The translations under genes were made by a program, and so were the position numbers. From assembly GCA_001179505.1 (NCBI GenBank), contig CDMY01000773.1, positions 1 to 22,340 of the forward strand: 22,340 nt of DNA, read 5' to 3'. A model generated the notes under the pieces. That model worked only from the letters and a program-made list of their open reading frames with translations, was not told the origin of the DNA and did no database searches. Positions within the stretch are counted from its first letter, which is position 1. Each line of letters begins with the position of its first letter. Shown here piece after piece: positions 18,644-22,340 of this stretch. The stretch comes from Vitrella brassicaformis CCMP3155. Taxonomy: Eukaryota; Protista; Chromerida.

Positions 18644-19150
18644 ACAGATAGATGGATCGAACGATTGATGAACAGCTTTTCGGTCGGCTGGCGCGTTGCC
18701 GTGTTGTCGTGCACTTGATTGAGGTATTACCTGACTTCAATGGTGTGTGTCTGTGTGGTTGCGTATGAGACGCGACGCGACATGAGTGAGTGGTAGGTAT
18801 GATGCTCTCTCTTTCCATGTGCTGTCTAGCTCGTGTCTGTCCGTCTGTCTCTTTCTAGTTATCGTACTGCTGGCTTGGCTGGATGGCTCATGTTATGTGT
18901 GTGCGGTTTGTGCGTGTCGCCTATCTATCTATCCCTCCGTATGTGTGTAAGTATGTCTGTAAGTCCGTGTGCACGTGCGCGTGTGGTGTGTAGAGTCTAC
19001 TAATGAATGCAGCCTTATACAGCCACCTAGCTGTGTGGATGCTTGAGCGAGAGAGAGCGACTGAGAGACAGAGCGAGCGAGTTGAGTCTATCCTATCCGT
19101 CCCAGCGTTTTGAGTGCATTGGCAGCAGCTGGCGTGGCAGGCACATGCAG

Positions 19151-19182
<32 letters not shown>

Positions 19183-19482
19183 CATGTATGTATGTGTGTA
19201 TGTCAGCTGGGCTTGACGGACAGACGGATAAACAGACTCAACGACAGGATCGGCACAAGACCGAATGAACGAACACACAGTGGTGTCTGCGCCAAGCCTA
19301 CATCCATCCATCCATCCATCCATGCGTCAAAACCTTCAGCACACGAGTGAATTCGATACACATGTGACATGCGCACAAAGTGAATGTCTGTCCACCTCTT
19401 CCTTCCTCATCTCTCCCTCCCACCCATCGGCTGTCCGGCCGATCGGCCGTATTCATTCTATGCTATCTACCGATCCATCAAC

Positions 19483-21633
19483 CTACAGCTCCACTCTGCG
19501 CCTCTTGTTAAGTGGCCGCCCGCTGCCCCCCACCTCTCCCCCACCCTCGTCGCTGCCTGGCTGCTCCTCAGCAATCGAGGTGAAGACAAGCCGCAGCAGT
19601 GACGACACCCCACCGGGCCAAAGTAGCCGCCGACCGTCGTCGTAGTCGTCATCATACCGGCCCCCCAAAGTGTCCATGGCAGCGTCCACCACCGCACTCA
19701 TGGGGCCGAGACGACCCAAGACGCGGATGAAGGGGGCGATGTCTGCTTGGTGGGCGTTGAGGACCTCCAGCGTGACCGTGGTGTCGACGATCTCCCGGAA
19801 GGCCCAGTGCCGCATCCACTCCTCACGGCCCCGCTCCCCCAGCCAGGCCATCAGCACTCGCAGTGGGGACACCCCTGTCGCCTCGATGTGGGCCAGGTAG
19901 GCAGCCATGTAATCAGACACCTGAGGGACGGGACAGACACACAGACGGGCGGGCGGGCGAGCAAGAAGAGAAGAATGGATGGATGGATGGATGGCCGTGG
20001 GGATGCTTGTGGTGGTTGGACGGCCGTTGATGCCTAAGCACCTCTGTGGTGATGGCGGCACCCATTTGGCCCACCTGGTCCCACTTGCCCTCCAGAATCA
20101 TCAGCCGCAGGCAGTGCAGCGCCAGACTCCTCATAGGCAAGTCGCGGATAGTCGCCGTCGCGTTTATGTCGTGGACCTCGACCATGGGAATTCGACGGCC
20201 GTCACCATCTCGGTAGTCGAAGTCATCGTGATGGTCAAATGGGAACGCCTGGTTGAGACCTGACGTTTTCTCACTCCCAAGCATGCCCAGGTAGAACATG
20301 GGCATGCATTGGTCGGTGTGGGGGTCGATATGGTCCATGGGCACAGCTGCTGCGTCCTCGTCGACTGTCTTGTTGTCACCGCAGGGGATGGAGTAGCCGA
20401 AGGAGCATGAGCAGCACAGGACGCCCTGTGTGGGGTGAGCCTCGGAGGGATCGACGTACACCTCTAAGGCGCGGCATTCCGAGAGGGGCAGAAGGCAGTC
20501 GCCCATGCCGCCACGCCGGTCCCTCGTGCTGATCGAACCGTGTGGACGTGGACAAGTGCATGAAGACGCACCCAGCTGCACGCCAATTCCCCCACTCCAT
20601 GTGCTGCATGAGCTGCCAGGCGTGTCGACTCCAATCTCGCGCTCGTCAGCCATCTTCTGCGTCTCGAATATCACAGCAGCCTTACATACAACACACGACA
20701 TCCTCAGACAGATGAGCACGCCGCAGTACTGACTGATCCATGCGTACCGCTTCGTTGAAGTTGGTTGTCCCTGTCGCCTCGGTGAGGAATCTCTTGAGGA
20801 TTTCGAGCCTGACCACACACGTGCCTGTGTCGATCTGCTCTTTCAGGCACGTCAGCATGGCGATGACGAAGCCCTTCATGCTGCCATCATTGCCCTCCTC
20901 GCCAGATGCCGTCCAGTGCGATGCCACATGAGCCGCATTCTTGACCATGTAGGGCGCACAGGCCTGCATCAGCTCGCTGTGACGCTGAAGCAGACACCTG
21001 GACAAGGGGTGAAAGATGACACACAGAGCGGCTGCAGATGGCAAGAAAGCTGACCTTACGAGGGGCCTTTTGAAGGCCATGTCAAGCATGGCACGACAGA
21101 GGTCTTGATCACCGTGCCATCGGTTGCGGAGAACCTGAAAGCAAACACACAAAACCATCGTGCTCTCCAACCAGCCTTGTTCCCGCCTTCGTGGTAACCT
21201 TCTTGCCGACGTCGTCGAGCAGCTTTGACTCTTCTGTCGGCTCGAGATAGTCGATGGCTGCCACACAGTCCAACACATTCTGACACAGAGTCAACGAACA
21301 GGCGGATGGACAGCACTCTGGTCCCTGTTTGGTCTGGTCCCTACGGTGTACCCTACTTACCTCTCGTGTGACACTTCTGAGCACATCGTTTCTTGCCTGC
21401 AGCACCACGCCAGCGATTGGCCTAGAGATTTCCTTGAGCGTCACTGTGCGCTCAGCCGACTCCTTGAAGTCGCCACCAAACAGCTGCAGCACAACCAACG
21501 CAAAGAGCAGTCACAAGCAGCGTTCTTCTCCTGTCCTTACGGCTCGGAAGAAGCCAAAGCTGCTGCTGACGGCCTCCGATATGACCAGAGTGTCCTCCGA
21601 TGCCTCAAACTTCACGCTGATGGGCCCAGACAT
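19483..21633 (-). CDS. BTB/POZ-domain protein (BTB plus BACK-like helices plus uncharacterised C-terminal region), about 540 aa; exons 21633-21541, 21483-21361, 21279-21199, 21134-21060, 20984-20748, 20656(or 20680)-20075(or 20042), 19920-19483
   Basis: Spliced N-terminus SSSFGFFRALFGGDFKESAERTVTLKEIS...VTRENVLDCVAAIDYL matches the BTB core (FRAMFxGxFKES...VxLxD/E...ENVxxLLxAAxYL), followed by ELMQACAPYMVKN. All joins are phase 0 and the product ends in the NLS-like KRRRVEL*. Several internal boundaries have alternatives. Confidence 0.8.
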
Positions 21634-21984
21634 AACGCAGTGCAGATAGTGCTGCAATCAAGCTACAGCCGACTCAGACGCGCGCGAGGACGGGATACTC
21701 TATCCGAAACGAGTGCGAGCTCAAGCCCACATCCCTCAAATCGGTTTGCTGCCTCTCTTTTCGCCTGTTTCGTGGTGTCGAGGCTTTCTGATGACACGGA
21801 GGATGCATCAATGCAAAGAAAATAGAAAACGAATTTGCCGGGTTCGAGAAAAAGACAGATTTGATCCTCACTCGATCAGAGTGGAATTTCGATGCCTTTA
21901 CTGCCTTTCCTTCTTTTTGTGAGTAGCTCTACGGGCTCAGGGTGGCAGGTGTGGGCCAAGGGCATGCCACAAGGCAATTTCCAT

Positions 21985-22022
21985 CTGCGAGCTCCTGACA
22001 CGCGGCTCGCAGGAGCTCGCAG
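21985..22022. repeat. Perfect 13-bp inverted repeat with 12-nt spacer
   Basis: CTGCGAGCTCCTG-acacgcggctcg-CAGGAGCTCGCAG. Confidence 0.9.
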
Positions 22023-22340
22023 GAAACTTTCTTGTGGGAATCGACCCGCGTCACTCAGGGCCTTCATCGAGGCATGGGATGTGCTCAGAGCTGCGCCAAA
22101 CTCGTCGAAACCTGTTCCTTCTGTGCGAAAAGGCCGGTGAGGACCTTTCCTGTAGTTAGCTGAATAGAGGATCTGCTGGGCGGTAAGTCCCAGAGTAAGA
22201 GTGCTTTTACTTTAGTAATAAGACCGATGGACTGGCCAATCAGTCAAAGTTGTTTCTGTCCATGTATGGCATCATGAAGGGTGGTCAACACAGATCTCAC
22301 TTCGGTGATGGCTGATAAGATCGTGGCTCCTCAGAATGCT

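Noticed and set aside
14532-19482. CRISPR-like array, satellite unit or transposon in the long non-coding tract
   Set aside because: Only 2-5-nt simple repeats; no constant repeat-spacer period, terminal inverted repeats, LTRs or transposase/RT motifs seen.
21391-21396. Third GC donor (CAG|GCAAGA) in BTB exon 2
   Set aside because: The downstream GAG|GTAAGT donor is perfect and yields the BTB-like VTRENVLD sequence.
21892-22140. 82-aa plus-strand ORF with a hydrophobic start as a divergent secreted protein
   Set aside because: No homology, weak codon bias, and no phase-consistent downstream exons found.

Overview
Intron-rich, GC-rich eukaryotic genomic DNA full of (GT)n/(GACA)n/(GGAT)n microsatellites, with two 300-N scaffold gaps. 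Style and gene content suggest a chromerid alveolate such as Vitrella brassicaformis (inference, not verified). Six multi-exon genes can be assembled by hand with consistent splice phases: (1) a fatty-acid-hydroxylase/sterol-oxidase family gene (+, 513-2090); (2) a low-complexity hypothetical gene (-, 2878-5798); (3) a DCC/YuxK (DUF393) thiol-disulfide oxidoreductase with a probable plastid-targeting leader (-, 6951-8074), head-to-head with (4) a GDAP2-like macro + CRAL-TRIO/BCH gene (+, 8326-11506); (5) a triple-CCCH zinc-finger gene (+, 12628-14531); and (6) a BTB/POZ gene (-, 19483-21633). No rRNA, tRNA, CRISPR or recognisable transposon was seen. The most interesting unexplained signals are: complementary microsatellites at opposite ends of many introns (possible hairpin-assisted splicing), a TAATG stop-start overlap at the 5' end of gene 2, an in-frame stop-free intron splitting the third CCCH finger, two GC-AG introns, a GCGAGCT motif upstream of all six genes, and an orphan intron beside the second gap.
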